Of a DNA stretch of 64,000 nucleotides, positions 38,421 to 52,009 are shown one piece after another. The position numbers were made by a program, and so were the translations under genes. The stretch spans positions 31,496,001-31,560,000 of the forward strand of contig NC_086097.1 in assembly GCF_963921235.1 (NCBI RefSeq), read 5' to 3'. The notes under the pieces are model-generated. The model searched no databases, was not told the DNA's origin, and was given only the letters and a program-made list of their open reading frames with translations. Source of the stretch: Mobula hypostoma. Taxonomy: Eukaryota. Numbering within the stretch: the first letter of the stretch is position 1; each line of letters opens with the position of its first letter.

Positions 38421-40926
38421 AACCCTGAGATTCTTTTTCCTGTGGGCATCCTTGGCAAATCTATAGAATGGTAACTATAAACAGGATCAATGAACAACAA
38501 ACTACAAATGTAAATATAAATAAATAGCAATAAATAATGAGTATGAAATAACATTAAATAACAAGAATTGAATTGAAATTGAATTGAATTGGCTTTATTA
38601 CTCGCATCCTTCATATACATGAGGAGTAAAAATCTTTGTTATGTCTCTGTTTAAATGTGCAATGTGCAATTTATAGTAATTTATAATAAATAGTATTTAC
38701 AACAGGACAGTCAATGTAAATTGTATCAGCATGAATTAATCAGTCTGATGGCCTGGTGGAAGAAGCTGTCCTGGAGCCTCTTGGTTCTGACTTTTATACT
38801 GTGGTACCGTTTCCCGGATGGTAGCAGCTGGAACAGTTTGTGGTGGGGGTGACTCAGGTCCCCAGTGATCCTTTGGGCCCTTTTTACACACCTGTCTTTG
38901 TAAATGTCCTGAATAGTGAGAAGTTCTCATCTACAGATGCGCTGGGCTGTCTGTACCACTCTCTGCAGAGTCCTGCGATTGAGGGAGGTACAGTTCCCAT
39001 ACCAGGCAGTGATGCAGCCAGTCAGGATACTCTCAACTGTGCCCCCCTGTAGAAAGTTCTTTAGGATTTTGGGGCCCATACCAAATGTCTTCAACCGTCT
39101 GAGGTGAAAAATAAAGAATGCTTAAAGGAGACCATCTGTTGTGGGAACACCAGAAATAGAATGAGCATAGTTGTCCCCATTTGTTCAAGAGCCTGATGGT
39201 TGAGGGGTAGTAACTGTTCTTGAACCTGATAGAGTGAGTCCTGAGGCAATTGTACCTTCTACTTGACAGAAGCAGCAAGAAAAATCACGGCCTGGGTGCT
39301 TTTCTAGGGCAACATTTTACGTAGATTTGCTCAGTGGTTGGGAGGGTTTAACCCGTGATGTACTGGGCTGAATCCACTACCTTTTGCAGGATATTCCACT
39401 CAAAGGTATTGGTGTTCCCCTACCAGGCCATAATACACCCAGTCAGCGCACTTTCCACTGCACATCTATAGAGGTTTGCCAAGGGTTTTGATTTCCCTAC
39501 ATCCTTCAGCACCTACACCTTTAGAACACAGAACGCTACAGGATGTTTAGCCCACAATGTTGTTAGATCCCTGTTAGATCAATCTAACCCTTCCCTCCTA
39601 CATAACCCTCCATTTTTCCATCATTCATGTTCCTGAGGATCTTTCAGATGCCCCTAATTTATTGGCCTCTACTAGCAAGGCGTTCCATACACCCACAACT
39701 CGTTGTGTTTAAAAAAAAACACCTGTGAAATTTCCCTGAGCTTTCCTCCAATCATCTTAAAATTAGCCCTTCCCACCCTGGGGAAAAGTTTCTGGCTATC
39801 CACGCTATCTGTACCTCTTATACACCTCAATCAAGTCACCCCTCAGCCTCTTTCGCTCCAAAAAGACCCTTTAGGTAACCAAAGGTTGTCCATCTGAAAC
39901 CGCTCCCCACCCCGCCTCCCCGAGCTCCTTCATCTCTCTCTGCCTCCTCCAGGCACCAGTCATTGAGACATGTAGCTGGAAAGAAGGCCATTCTGCCCAC
40001 TGAGTCCTTGCTGATCTTTGACCATCCAATTACATTAATCCCGCATTAATTCCACTTTCTACCACTCAGCCACACACTAGGGACAAATTACAGCACCCCT
40101 ACTAACCTGGACATCTTTGGGATGTGGCAGGGGACCAGAGAACCTTGGGGGGAGAAACCACGTGGTGACCAGGAGAACGTGCAAACTCCACACAGACAGT
40201 GCCAGTGGTCAGGATCAACCCAGGGCCTCTGATGCTGTGGGCCAATGGCTCCCCCCACTGTGCTGTCCCTCATCATGTCCGAGGCTGCTTCCAGCCCCGT
40301 GTCTTACTCTTCTTGCGACCCTCCCCAGCCCGTGGTACCTCCCAGCCCTGATATCTCTTCCTATCTCCACACCCACTGCCAGCCCCGACACATCTCACCA
40401 AGAACTTTATCATTATTAGCTTGTTTTCAACCCAGCCCCACCCATTTCCCTATCATTCTAAACTCCTGGCTCAATTTTGCTCTTGACAATCTCGCCCCCC
40501 CCCACCCCCCGGGAAGATTTGTCAACACCCACTATTGCCACTAATCAGCTGGAGGACACTGAGGCATTCTCCTCTTCCTCATTGTACACCACAGGTCCAC
40601 TCTCCACCAGCATGGCCACTGACGACGCGGCCTGAACATCAGCAAGTGACGACTTATTCAGAAGCACCCTTGGGACCTGGGTAGCTCAGCAAAGAGATCA
40701 GAGAGGTAAACCTCATTAAGAAATTGGCTGTATGAAAACCCAAGGGGCCCCAAATTCATTATAACAATAAGAGCAGCTGCATCTTTGAATGCTGTGGAGA
40801 ATACATTCATAATAACAGAGGAATAACATAGTACTCTAGTCTTCCCAAGACTTTACCAATTATGTATCACATTCATTAGCTGTGGTGAAGCCCTTTTTCC
40901 TGCTGGGTTTCCCTGGTTCAGGCTAT

Positions 40927-41477
40927 ACACCCAGTAGCCTCTTGATTCGGTACACCCGAACACCTGCTCATTAATGCAAATATCTGATCAGCCAATCATG
41001 TGGCGGCAGCTCAGTGCATAAAAGCATGCAGTCATGGCCAAGAGGTTCAGTTGTTGGTCAGACCAAACATCAGAATGCGGAAGAAATGTGATCTAAATGT
41101 GACTTTGACCCTGGAATAATTGTTGGTGCCAGATGGGGTGGTTTGAGTATCTCAGAAACTGCTGGTTTCCTGGGATCTTCACGCACAACATTCTCTAGAG
41201 TTTACAGAGAACGGTGCGAAAAGTTTTTTTTAAAAACATCGGTGAGAGGTAGTTCTGTAGGCGATTATGCCTTGTTAATGAGAGAGGTCAGAGGAGAATG
41301 GGTTCAAGCTGACAGGATGGTGACAGTAACCCAAGTGCTAAGCAGTGGTGTGCAGAAGAGTATCTGGATGCACAACACATCGAACCTTGAAGTGGATGGG
41401 CTACAACAGCAGAAGACCATTAACACTCTGGCCACTTTATTAGGTATAGGAGGTACTTAATAAAGTAGCCACTGAGT
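40927..41477 (+). mobile_element. Tc1-like non-autonomous element (same family as 25891-26438)
   Basis: TIRs flanked by TA. Remnant SISETAGFLGSSRTTFSRVYRE. Confidence 0.85.
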
Positions 41478-43349
41478 ATATTTCACCTTTATACATCAAA
41501 GTCTCCATTCCTCTCACACTGGACACTCACTTACCCACAGAACCGCTCTGCAACAGATGCCATACAATCTGTCATGCGCCTGGCCCTGACACAACTAGTA
41601 AACAAAGACACCTGTGTCAGAATGCTCTTTCTGGATTTCAGTTCAGCCTTGAATTGAACCCGGGTTGCCTGTACGGTAAAGCGTTGTGCTAACCACTACG
41701 CTACCGTGCCAATTCCCCTTTCATGAACTATTTGATTCCCTTATGGTCTAAAAGAATCAAATGGATCATAAAAGCTAGCAAGAAGTGATTAGGCTGAATG
41801 GCCTGTTCCTGTGCAGTTTATCCCAAGTAATCCCCAGTGTCTTTGTAGATAGAGCTGCAGATGTGCTCCAGTGTACAAAGTGATAAGAGGAATAGATCGA
41901 GTAGACAGCCAGAGACTTTTTTCCGAGGACAGAAATGGCTAAACCTGTCCCAGGGGACAGATATTGGATATAAAACTATCTAATATCTTCTTGTAGTTCA
42001 AAGTCAACAGTCCCATCCTGTGAACCTTTTACAATTTAGAGGCCTCCTTCCTACAGCCGTGGATGGGGGGAGGAGGTCCTTGGGATTGTACTTTTTCTGT
42101 CATCATTCTGTGGGGTTTTTCTTCTGTTTCCTGGATGTCTGTGAAGAGTAAAGCTTTCAGGTTGTATACTGTATACATTCTCTGAAATTAAATGGAACCA
42201 TTGAACCAAGTACAATTTAAACATGATATCCCAACTCCTATACTCTGTGCTGTGACTGATGGAAGCAAGTGTGCTCACACTGTCTATATGTGTCCTGTGC
42301 CTCACTGCAGATGCTGCCTGACTGCTGGGTAATTCTGGAATTTCCCATGGTTTCAGATTATCAACATCAGCACTTTTTACCTTTAGGAGTATCCATAAGA
42401 CATAAGAATAGAATTGGGCCATTTGGCCCATCGAATCAGACCCAGCATTAGATCAAGGTCAATTTACTTTTCTTCTCAACCCCATTATCCTGCCTTCTCT
42501 TCATAATCTTTGATGATTTACTAATCAAGAACCAACCATCCTCTGCTTTAAAAGATTTGCTCTATTTGTCACATGTACATTGAAACATAAGTAAAACGTG
42601 TTGTTTGGGTCAACGACCAACACAATTTGAGGATGTGCTGGGGTCAGCCCATAAGTGTCACCATTGCTTTTGATGGCAACATAGCACGCCCACAACTTAC
42701 TAACCCTAACCTGGACATCTTTGGAACGTGGGAGGAAACCGGAGCACCTGGAGGAAATGCGGTGTGTTCACTGGGAAAACGTACAAACTCCTTTCAGATG
42801 GCATTGGGAATCGAACCCCAATTGATCACTGGCGCTGTTCCATGCCTCCCAGTGACCTGGCCTTCACACAGCTGTCTGTGGCAATGAATTCCACAGATTC
42901 TAAAAATATGGAACAATTTTGCCTTTTTATTTATTCTATTCTGTAAAAAGGTTCTTAGTATTGATTGGCTGCAGAGTTAACCATTGACAAAATAATCAAT
43001 ATTCCAGAGTCAGTTCATGTAAAGAGATCAGATGTGGTGTGACATGTGCCTCTTATACCAGTTACACTGCCTGTGGTGAAGGTATACAATGGCGATATTT
43101 TGGATTAAGGCCTCATCATGCAATGGGTGGGGGCTCACACCAATGATATTGAATGAATAGTGGATATCTGTAGAGAAGACAGAGGAAGAGAGAAGGCCAT
43201 GTTGATAACATGCTCCTGTTCTTCCTTGGAACCACACATTATTATTGGAGGAATTCTTCTCCAGAAGTTTTGTTCCGTTATTGGGAGACTCCAGATATCT
43301 GTTCCAGTGGCTGGTTCTGTTATTGGAGATTTTCCATGTTATTTCATAG

Positions 43350-43980
43350 TGGGAACTGCTCTTGTGACATCACTATTACTGGGTGGGTCCCCGTGTGACA
43401 TCACTGTTCGTAAGAGACACCCGTTGTGACAACGCCGAGTTATGGGAACTCCCGTTGTGACGTCATCGCTGGTGGGAGACACTGACCACTGAGGGTCATG
43501 CAGTGACATCACTGACACTGTCAAACTCCCGTGTGACATCATTGTTACTGGTTGCGATGTTGTCGTCGCTGTGACGTGGCTCGTTGTGAGATTCGGTCGC
43601 CCTGAGTGGAGTGACGTCATGCTGTGCGTCCGGTGACCCCAGAGGCGGCGGAGCGGGTGAGTGCCGATGGACCGGGGAAAGAGGATGAGGCGTTGAGGGA
43701 CCGGGACCGGGGGACCGAACGGGGAGCAGATGACCGACCAGGGCGGCAGCAGGAGGTGGAAGTCGGCGGGCGAGGGACCCGGGGAGGGTGGCTCACAGGC
43801 CCGGCGCCAATCCCCGGCCCAGGACAAGATCTATAGACACTGTGGACAGAGTTTGGGGCCGATCCGAGCAGAGGCGCTGCGCCGGTGCCGGAGTCTGCTG
43901 CTGAAGCAGCTCGCAGCCCGGCTGGGCCTGGCCGCGGGAGCGCAGTGGACGGGAGGCTCTGCACAGGTGGCTGCAGAAAG
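43350..43980 (+). promoter_or_regulatory. CpG island with probable ZBTB25 promoter and non-coding first exon(s)
   Basis: CpG-rich unique sequence. Full CRE TGACGTCA at 43458 and 43612. Donors CGG|GTGAGT (43657) and AAA|GTAAGA (43980). The next acceptor, ctctgcag| (49536), precedes the ZBTB25 ATG. Confidence 0.65.
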
Positions 43981-44558
43981 TAAGAGATGAAGGGGGAAGG
44001 TGAAAGGATGGGGACTGGGAGCTGCAGAGAGGAGCGTGGGGGTAAATATGAGGAAATAGTGGGGAGGGGGAGCTGGGTAGCGAGGGAGGGGTGAGTGCAG
44101 TTGGAGAGCTGGTGCAGGAGGGGGCAGCTGGAAACTTTGTTTTCATGCCTGTGTTGCCTTTGCCGACCCCCCCCTTGCAGGGATGGGGGAGGTGGTGAGA
44201 CTGTGTGCAGTCTTGTTGGGTAGCCATTAGCGGTGTGTTTTGCTGATGGTACCCATATTACCCACCATGTGCCACTGGTAGAGGGAGTGAATGATGGCCA
44301 TCTTTACTGAGTGCATCAGTACGATACTGCCCTGTCAGCCTGGATCTCGGTGCACAGTTGTCGCTGAGGTGAGACTGTGGGCACACTGCCCCTATGAATA
44401 GGCACAGAAATCGTACATTCTATTGTGTAGGATGGTTGTTACAATCAGGGTAACACACATCTGGAATCAGATGTGGCTTCACCTGCCCAACTGACGTCAA
44501 GGGTTACGGGGAGAAGGCGGGAGAATGGGGTTGAGAGGGAAAATAAATCAGCCATAAT

Positions 44559-44948
44559 CAGAGGTGCAGTGCTAGCCGGAGTGTGTCTGGCACCTCTTTA
44601 AGAAAAAAGCCGAAATAAGCAAGCTAATTAATTAGGTGTCGCCCAGGGTGATTTGAGTATCTGAGAAGCTGCTGATCTCCTGGGATTTTTACGCACAACA
44701 GACTCTGGAGTTTACAAAGAATGGTGCCAGAAACAAAAAAAAATCCAGCGAGTGGATTTAACAAGATGTTTTCGCTCACAGAACAGCCACTGGCTGGATG
44801 TGTTTTTTGTTTCTGGCACCATTCTTTGTAAACTCCAGAGTCTGTTGTGCGTAAAAATCCCAGGAGATCAGCAGTTTCTGAGGTGCTGAAATCGCCCTGG
44901 GCGGCACCTAATTAATTAGCTTGTGCTCCGGCTAGCACTGCACCCCTG
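44559..44948. mobile_element. Second copy of the fold-back hAT-type MITE, opposite orientation
   Basis: CAGAGG..CCCCTG termini and TSD GCCATAAT/GCCATATT (7 of 8 match). The loop is the reverse complement of the 29837 copy's loop. Inserted into a CR1 3' UTR. Confidence 0.9.
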
Positions 44949-47068
44949 GCCATATTGGAATGGCAGAGCAGACTCGGTGGGGTGAATGGCCAAATTCTGC
45001 TCCTTTCCCTTACGATCTAACTTCCCCTGAGATGTGGTTGGGTGAGAATACCTTCCCTCTCTCCTGGCAAGGCTCACTCTGAAATTGTGGACTCAGAGGT
45101 GGTGTTAATTCGGACCAAGGACTGAACTAACATCAACTGTGTTAATTCTGGTGCCTAGGACTGGAGGCCTGTCGGTGAATGGGAGGGTGGGAAAGGGGCT
45201 AATTTAGCTTTGTTGTGCTTTCTGCTCGTGTTGTTCTGAGGAGCGTAGTGGACGTGCTAAGTTGGTGGCAGACGCATGGTGACACTTTTGGGTTGCCCGC
45301 AGCACATAATTGGGTGTGTTGGTTGTTAATGCAGTACTGCATTTCACTGTGTGTTTCTATGCACATGTGATAAAGCTGAATCTGACCATCACAGCTGGGA
45401 GAAGTGGCCTGTCAAGAAATAGATGCTGCCAGTTCAGATCCTTTTGATATGATAGTTATGCTGGTTCTGTACTCAGTCAGCAGGGCACTGGGTCCAGGAA
45501 TCACAGCACGAGAGGGAAAATACACTGCGCCTCGTCTCCATTACTTGCTACTGTGGTTACTTCAATCTGCACAGTAGGATTATCAGAACTCGTTTCCAAT
45601 ACTTGGAGAAAAGCACATGAAAGTCTTTCATTTCTGAGTGAATGTCTTTTCAGTATCTGTCATCATACATGTAAGCATGCAGCAAGACCTCCCCCATCAC
45701 TGGGCACAAAAGCCTCACCAGTGGGAGAATCACACACACAGCACTACGTCCGTGTGAATCTACATCAGTCCCACTTGCCCAAACTAGGTCTGCATCCCAT
45801 GTCTTAGCAATTCAACTGCCAAACTGAATCCTCCACCTCCTTCCTCTGGCAGCAAGGTCTAAATATCAACCACTCAGTATAAAAATCACTTTGCCCGCAG
45901 GTTCCCTTTAAAAATCCTCCCTTAGACTCACAGCAATATAGGGATCCCGGCCCTTCTACCCAACCAGTTCATTCTGACCAATGTGCCCACCCACCCAGCT
46001 GGTTCCAATTTCCTGCCTATGGCCCATATCCCTCCATGCTCTGACCCTACGTGTACCTATCCAAGTATAATCGTACTTACCTTAAACACTTCCTCTGGCA
46101 TCTCGTTCCATACACTCACCACCCTCTGCATGGAAAAGTTGCCCCTCAGATCCCTTTTAAACCTTTTCCATCTCACCCTAGACCTTCCCCCCTAGTTTTG
46201 GACACCCTACCCAGGGGAAAAGACCATTAACATTCTACGTCTCTCATAATTTTAAACACTTCTGTAAGATCACCCGTGGAGGGTCAGACAACCTGAGCCA
46301 ATAGGCTGGTCCTGGACTTATTTCCATCTGGCATAGTTTGCATTTTGTTGTTTGATTGTTTGTGGTTTTTGTATTGCTATATTTATGCTCTATTCTTGGT
46401 TGGTGCAGCTGTAACGAAACTCAATTTCCCTCGGGATCAGTAAAGTATCTTTATCTATCTATTTATCTATTCCCTGCACTGCAAGGAGTAAAGACCTATC
46501 CTGGCCAACCTCTCTCTATAACTCAGATCCTCTAGTCCTAGTAACATCTTTCAAATTCTACTCTGCACTCTTTCCAGTTTAGTGATGTCTGTCCTATAAG
46601 ACCATAACCAAAACTATACACCATACTCCAGATATGGTCTTATCAATATCTCATACGTCGCCTTAGAATCTGTGGGCTGTGCCAAGATTTGATTGTGCCT
46701 GGAATTGTTTCTAGATGGTGTGACTGGAGTTTATTTTGCCAGAGGATGGTGTATCTATGGAATTCATTGCCACAGACAACTGTGGAGGCCAAGTCATTGG
46801 GTATATTTAAAGTGGAGATAGATCGCTAATTCGTAAGGGCATCAAAGGTAATAATAGCCGGCCGGTTGTGGTATGGCATCAGCACCGGACTTTGAGGCAA
46901 ATGGTTCCGAGTTTGAATCTGGCCAGGCCCTCGCAAGCTTTCAATCTGTGCTGGGTTGAACTCGGCCTCAAAAAAACAGTCAAATGCTGTGGAAACAGCA
47001 AAAGTGCCACCCCAAAGAACAACAAAAGTTATAGGGAGAAGGCAGGAGACTCAGGTTGAGAGGGATAA

Positions 47069-47845
47069 CACTGGACAACAGATCTTTTCAAAAGTGTTGC
47101 TTCCTCAGAATATTCTTTTGTTCATGATAGACCACTTGAAGCTGAACACAAATATGATTTCAGACTACTTGTATCACGCAGGAATTTGGAGAAAAAAGAA
47201 ATTAATTTTTATTGAATATAATGCTTTTAAATGGATAACAGTGCTGACGTTCTATACTAGTTCAATTAAACCAAAAATGTTTTGCTGATATTTTTTGTGT
47301 GTGCTCGGTGCCTGCGGCTCCTCGCTTAAGTGGCCAACCATAACCAGCTAGCGCTGATGGATTCCAGTTGCCCTGACACTATTTCTCCAAGACGGCAATG
47401 CCCTGGTAAAACCTTTCGCCATGCTCGTCACTGACAGTTCCAAGATTTGCAGGGAAGAAGTCTAAATGGGAATGCAGAAAATGAATCTTTAGTGATATGT
47501 TGCAATTCATGGTTTTGTATGCTTGAAGCAGGTTGTCAGCCAGCTGCCAAGAAAATTTTCAACAACATCTTTGAATGCCTTCCATGTAATTTTCTCTGGT
47601 CCCACCAGAAGTTCTCAGAATTGCCTATCATTGATGACCTGTTTGATTTGTGAACCAGCAAGAAAAGCTTTCATTAATCGTGGCATCTGTTATTCTGACT
47701 TGAATTATAAATTGAAATAACAAACATAGATAATTTTTTAAAACGGTGCATGATAGGGAAATCTCATGGTGATTCCCTTGATCAACAGCCCAAAATCCAT
47801 AAGATACATCCAAAAGTAATCAGGAAGCAAAATCTTTGTTGGTCA
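47069..47845 (-). mobile_element. Chapaev3-like (CMC superfamily) DNA transposon remnant
   Basis: Minus frame at 47519-47400 reads YKTMNCNISLKIHFLHSHLDFFPANLGTVSDEHGERFYQG, with WKAFKDVVENFLG upstream. The terminus CACTGG at 47069 is preceded by TAA. In-frame stops are present. Confidence 0.75.
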
Positions 47846-47850
47846 ATGTA

Positions 47851-48825
47851 CTGGTGTCCCCCACTCTTCGAATGTTCGCTTTACGAAACCTCACTGTTAC
47901 GAAAGACCTACATTAGTTACCTGTTTTCGCTAACAGAAGGTGTTTTCACTGTTACGAAAAAAGGCAGCGCGCGAGAAAAAAAGCAGCGCACTCCCCCGGA
48001 TTCGGAACGGCATTCTAGCCGGCATTGCTTAAACACGTGCCTGTGAGCAGCTGTTAGCAAGATGAGTTCTTAGGTATCGGAAAAGCCTAAAAAAGCTCGT
48101 AAAGGTGTTACACTTAGCATAAAACTAGACATAATTAAGTGTTTTGATCGTGGTGAACAAAGAAAGGACAAAGTGAGTTTGGCTTGTGGAAGTTGATGAA
48201 GATGCTGTTGAAGAGGTTTTGGCATCCCATGACCAAGAACTGGTAGATGAAGAGCTGATGCAATTGGAAGAGGAAAGGATAACAATCGAAACCGAATGCA
48301 GTAGCGAACGGACAGAAAATGAAGTCGTCCAGGGACTGAACGTGAAGCAACTGTGTGAGATTTTCGCTGCAATGATAAAGTACGACTTTAATTTTGAAAG
48401 GATACGTCAGTTTAGGGCATATTTGCAAGCTGGTTTGAGTGCTTACAAAGAACTGTATGATAGAAAATGCGCGAGGCTCAGCAGTCAAGCATACTGTCGT
48501 TTTTCAAGCCTTCCACATCAGCCACAGCAGACGACCAACCTCGACTTTCGACCTTGAGGCAGGCAGACATAGAAGAAGATGACCTGCCTGTCCTGATCGA
48601 CGATGAGATGACACCCCAGTGTCCCACCACCCCAACCCCCGGGCCGCGAACAGATACGGATTTGCGGAGAATGCAGCGGTAGCCGGGAGGCACCCAGCAC
48701 ATCTTTATAAAAAAGCCGAAATAAACATGCTAATTAATTAGGTGCCACCCGGCATGTAATTGTCAGCCCAGATCAGAGGCGATTGCGTCGTGGAGAATGC
48801 AGTGGTAGCCAGGAGGCACACAGCA
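47851..48825 (+). mobile_element. Tigger/pogo-like transposon, internally deleted
   Basis: Preceded by TA. N-terminal KARKGVTLSIKLDIIKCFDRGE is joined directly to the C-terminal EVDEDAVEEVLASHDQELVDEELMQLEEE; the DDE domain is absent. Confidence 0.75.
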
Positions 48826-49551
48826 TGGCCTGATTCTACTCCTATGTCTTATGGTCTTATGAACAATGTTGAGCCACACACAGTAAGTAGTTTGCTATGT
48901 TGTTGTTCTGAGATGTGAACCTCCTGGAGGGCTTTTCTCACTGGAGTGAAGAAGGATGAGAGGTGACTTGACAGAGGTATACAAGATGATAAGAGGCTTA
49001 GATTGAGTGGACAGCCAGAGACTTTTTCCCCAAGGGTGGAAATGGCTAATTCGAAGGGCATAATTTTAAGGTGATTGGAGAAAAGTATAGATGGAGGTAA
49101 GTGTTTTTTTTACACAGAGTGATGAGTGTGTGGAATGCCCTGCCAGGTGTGTAGTAGAGGGGCATTGAACAAATTCTTAGTAGACACATGGATAATAGGA
49201 AATGGAGGGCAACATTGTGGGCTGAAGGGCCTGTACTGTGCTGTAATGGTCTATGAGCCCATTTTGTTGTTTGGGCAAACATAGAACATTACAAGTTCTT
49301 GATATTTATTGCTTAGTTATTATTATTACTTTTATTTTGTATTTGCAAGTTGTTGTCTTTGTGTGTTCTTCCATTGATTCTGCTATGGTTATTGGATTTA
49401 TCGAGTCTGTCTGCAAGAAAATAAATCTCAGGGTTGTATATGGTGACATATATGTACTTTGATAATAAGTTTACCTTGAATTTGAACTTTCAAAGGGCGG
49501 TACCAAATGTTAATTGTGCAGCTTTATTCTCTGCAGGGCTGGGGCGACGTT

Positions 49552-49724
49552 ATGGACGTGGCGAATCACAGTGTGGTCCTGCTGCAGCAGCTGAATGTCC
49601 AGCGGGAGTTTGGCTTCCTGTGTGACTGTACGGTGGCCGTAGGGGACATTCACTTCAAAGCCCATCGAGCTGTGCTGGCTGCATTCTCCAACTACTTCAA
49701 GATGATCTTCATTCATCAGTCCAG
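49552..49724 (+). CDS. ZBTB25: ZBTB25 coding exon 1 (BTB N-terminal half, 173 nt)
   Basis: [57 protein letters not shown]. Acceptor at 49536; donor CAG|GTAAGG, phase 2. Confidence 0.95.
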
Positions 49725-51197
49725 GTAAGGGGGCATTCTTAGCCTGCCTCCTGCAGCTTGTTCAGACTCCTGCTCGTTCACGGGTCTCCTCCACCCTTCC
49801 CCTCATAGTACAGAAACAGACCCTGTGGGTTCATCCTACCATCATGCACACATTCACACTGCCACCACACAGAACAGGCTGGAAGAGCGCAGCATAAACA
49901 AACGACACTTTGGGCTGACACCTTTCATCAGGACTGGAAGGGAAGAGGACAGGAGCCAGGATAAGAAGGTGGGGTGAGTACGAGCTGGCAGGTCTTGGGT
50001 GAGACCAGGTGAGGGGGGAGGTGGGTGTAGTAAAAAGCTGGGAGGGGTAGATGGACAAGGTAAAGGGCAGGAGAAGGAGGAACCTGATAGAGGAGAGTGG
50101 ACCACGGGAAAAGGGGAAAGAGGAGGGAGGTTGTAGGCATGAGAGGAGGGGTAAGAGGAGTACCGGAATGGAAAAACTAGGAGTGGGTAGAGAAATTACT
50201 GGAAGTTAGGGAAATAAGAGTTCATGCTGTCGGGTTGGAGGCTACCCAAATGGAAAATGACCATTTTTTTTCTCCCCGCATTCTAATCATCTTCCCCCTA
50301 GATTCTATCCACCCACACTCTGGGGGCAATTCACAGCAGCCGTTTGGGATCAGCATCACAGCTCGATGGGCTTTGAAGTGAATGGCTCCTAGGGCCACAT
50401 CAGCCCTTTGGGATGTAGGAGGAAACAGCAGAACTCGAGGTCAGAGGGAGAACATACACTCTCCAAACAGAGCACCAGAGGTCACTGAACCAGGGCATCA
50501 CTGTGGCAGCTGCACTCCCCCTTTAAACATTTCCCCTCACACCTTAAACCTGTGCCCTCTGGTATTTGACACTTTTACCCGGCGATAAAAGACACTGTCT
50601 GTTCTATCTATACCTTGCATCATTTTATAAGCCTCTGTCTAGTCTCCCCCTCAGTCTCTACCACTCCAGAGAAAACAACCCGAGTTTTTCCATCCTCTCC
50701 TCTCCTCACGGCTCAGGCCCTCAGTGTCACTCCTCCAAATGTGGCCTATCCAAAGTTTTATAAATTGCACAATGACCTTCTGACTTTTATAGTCCTTGCC
50801 TGTAGCAATAAGAAAAGATGTCATATGCCTTCTTTATCACTCTATCTATTCGTGGGTACTTTCAGGGAATCATGCTTCCCTGTTTCTCTTTTCACAGTTG
50901 CTGACTGACCTGGTGAGTTCTTCCAGCACTTTTTGCTTTCATTTTTCCTTTCCTGTCGTATTAACCAGAGTTATGGGTTTGGGTCTCTTGTTGTCAGGAT
51001 CAGCTGCCAGTGCTGGAATCCTGTGCCTGAGACGGGTCTGCTGGGGGAATGCGTGTGCCAGGAGTTTCATGTTTTTTTGAAAATGCTGCTCACATGTTTT
51101 GATCTCTCTCCCCCTTCCCTACTCTTCCATCTCCCCCACCCCCCCGGCTCTCACTCCTTCACACCTTCTTTCTCCCTCCATCCCCTCTCCCTGACAG

Positions 51198-52009
51198 CGA
51201 CTACATCAAAGTGCAGCCAATGGACATCCAGCCAGACATCTTCAGCTATTTACTACACCTCATGTACACGGGCAAGGGTCCGAAGCAGCCAGTAGACCCC
51301 AACCGGCTGGAGGAGGGCATCCGATTCCTGCATGCCTACAACTTGGTCCATGACCCGAGCCAAGGGGGACAGGCGTTCACCCAGCACCCCGAGGTGCCGT
51401 CCCTTCAGTCGCCCAACCTCTACGGCATCCAGATCTCGGGCTCACAGAAGCTACCAGTGCCCCCTGGAGGCCAGAGCGGGGTCACCACCCTGAGCGCGGA
51501 GCAGACTGGTCAGACGACCCTGGGAGTGGCCAACATCCCGGAGCACCGGTACGCCCGTCCTCCCATCGGCCAGGAGATGGGAGCAGAGGAGAGCGGCCAG
51601 AGCCTCCCCTCATCATCTGCAGCAGCGTCCAGGGGTCTGCAGGTCCCCGGTCTCAACTTTAAGCGGAGCAAGACCCACAAGCTCTACTCCTGCCACTACT
51701 GTGGGGAGCGGTTCTCTGCCAGGGGCAGCCTGCGGGATCACCTGTACTCGCACGCCAGTAGTGCCGTGCCTGCTGGAGCCCCCACCGAGAGCAGGGCCCT
51801 GGGGGAGGAGGCCGAGGGAGTCGGAGGTTCCCTGTCCCAGGGAGATGAGGCCCTCCCTTCCACCCCTGATCAGCAGGAGGGAAGCGGACTGGACGAACAG
51901 CCTCCCGTCGGTCTGACTGTGACCATTGGAGCCTGCGGGGACGCCGTCGACCCAGGCAGCGGCTTCACCACGGCCAAGAGGAGGAGGTTCACCTGCAGTG
52001 TGTGCGGCC
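51198..52009 (+). CDS. ZBTB25: ZBTB25 coding exon 2 (rest of BTB, linker, C2H2 finger 1, half of finger 2)
   Basis: Acceptor ctgacag|, phase 2. Encodes DYIKVQPMDIQPDIFSYLLHLMYTGKGPKQ..LEEGIRFLHA..NLYGIQIS..CHYCGERF..LRDHLYSH..KRRRFTCSVCG. Donor C|GTGAGT at 52010. Without splicing the frame stops at 52038 (337-aa product). Confidence 0.92.

Noticed and set aside
49552-52009. Assignment to ZBTB2 instead of ZBTB25
   Set aside because: YTGKGPKQ, LEEGIRFLHA, CHYCGERF and the head-to-head position with ZBTB1 fit ZBTB25.
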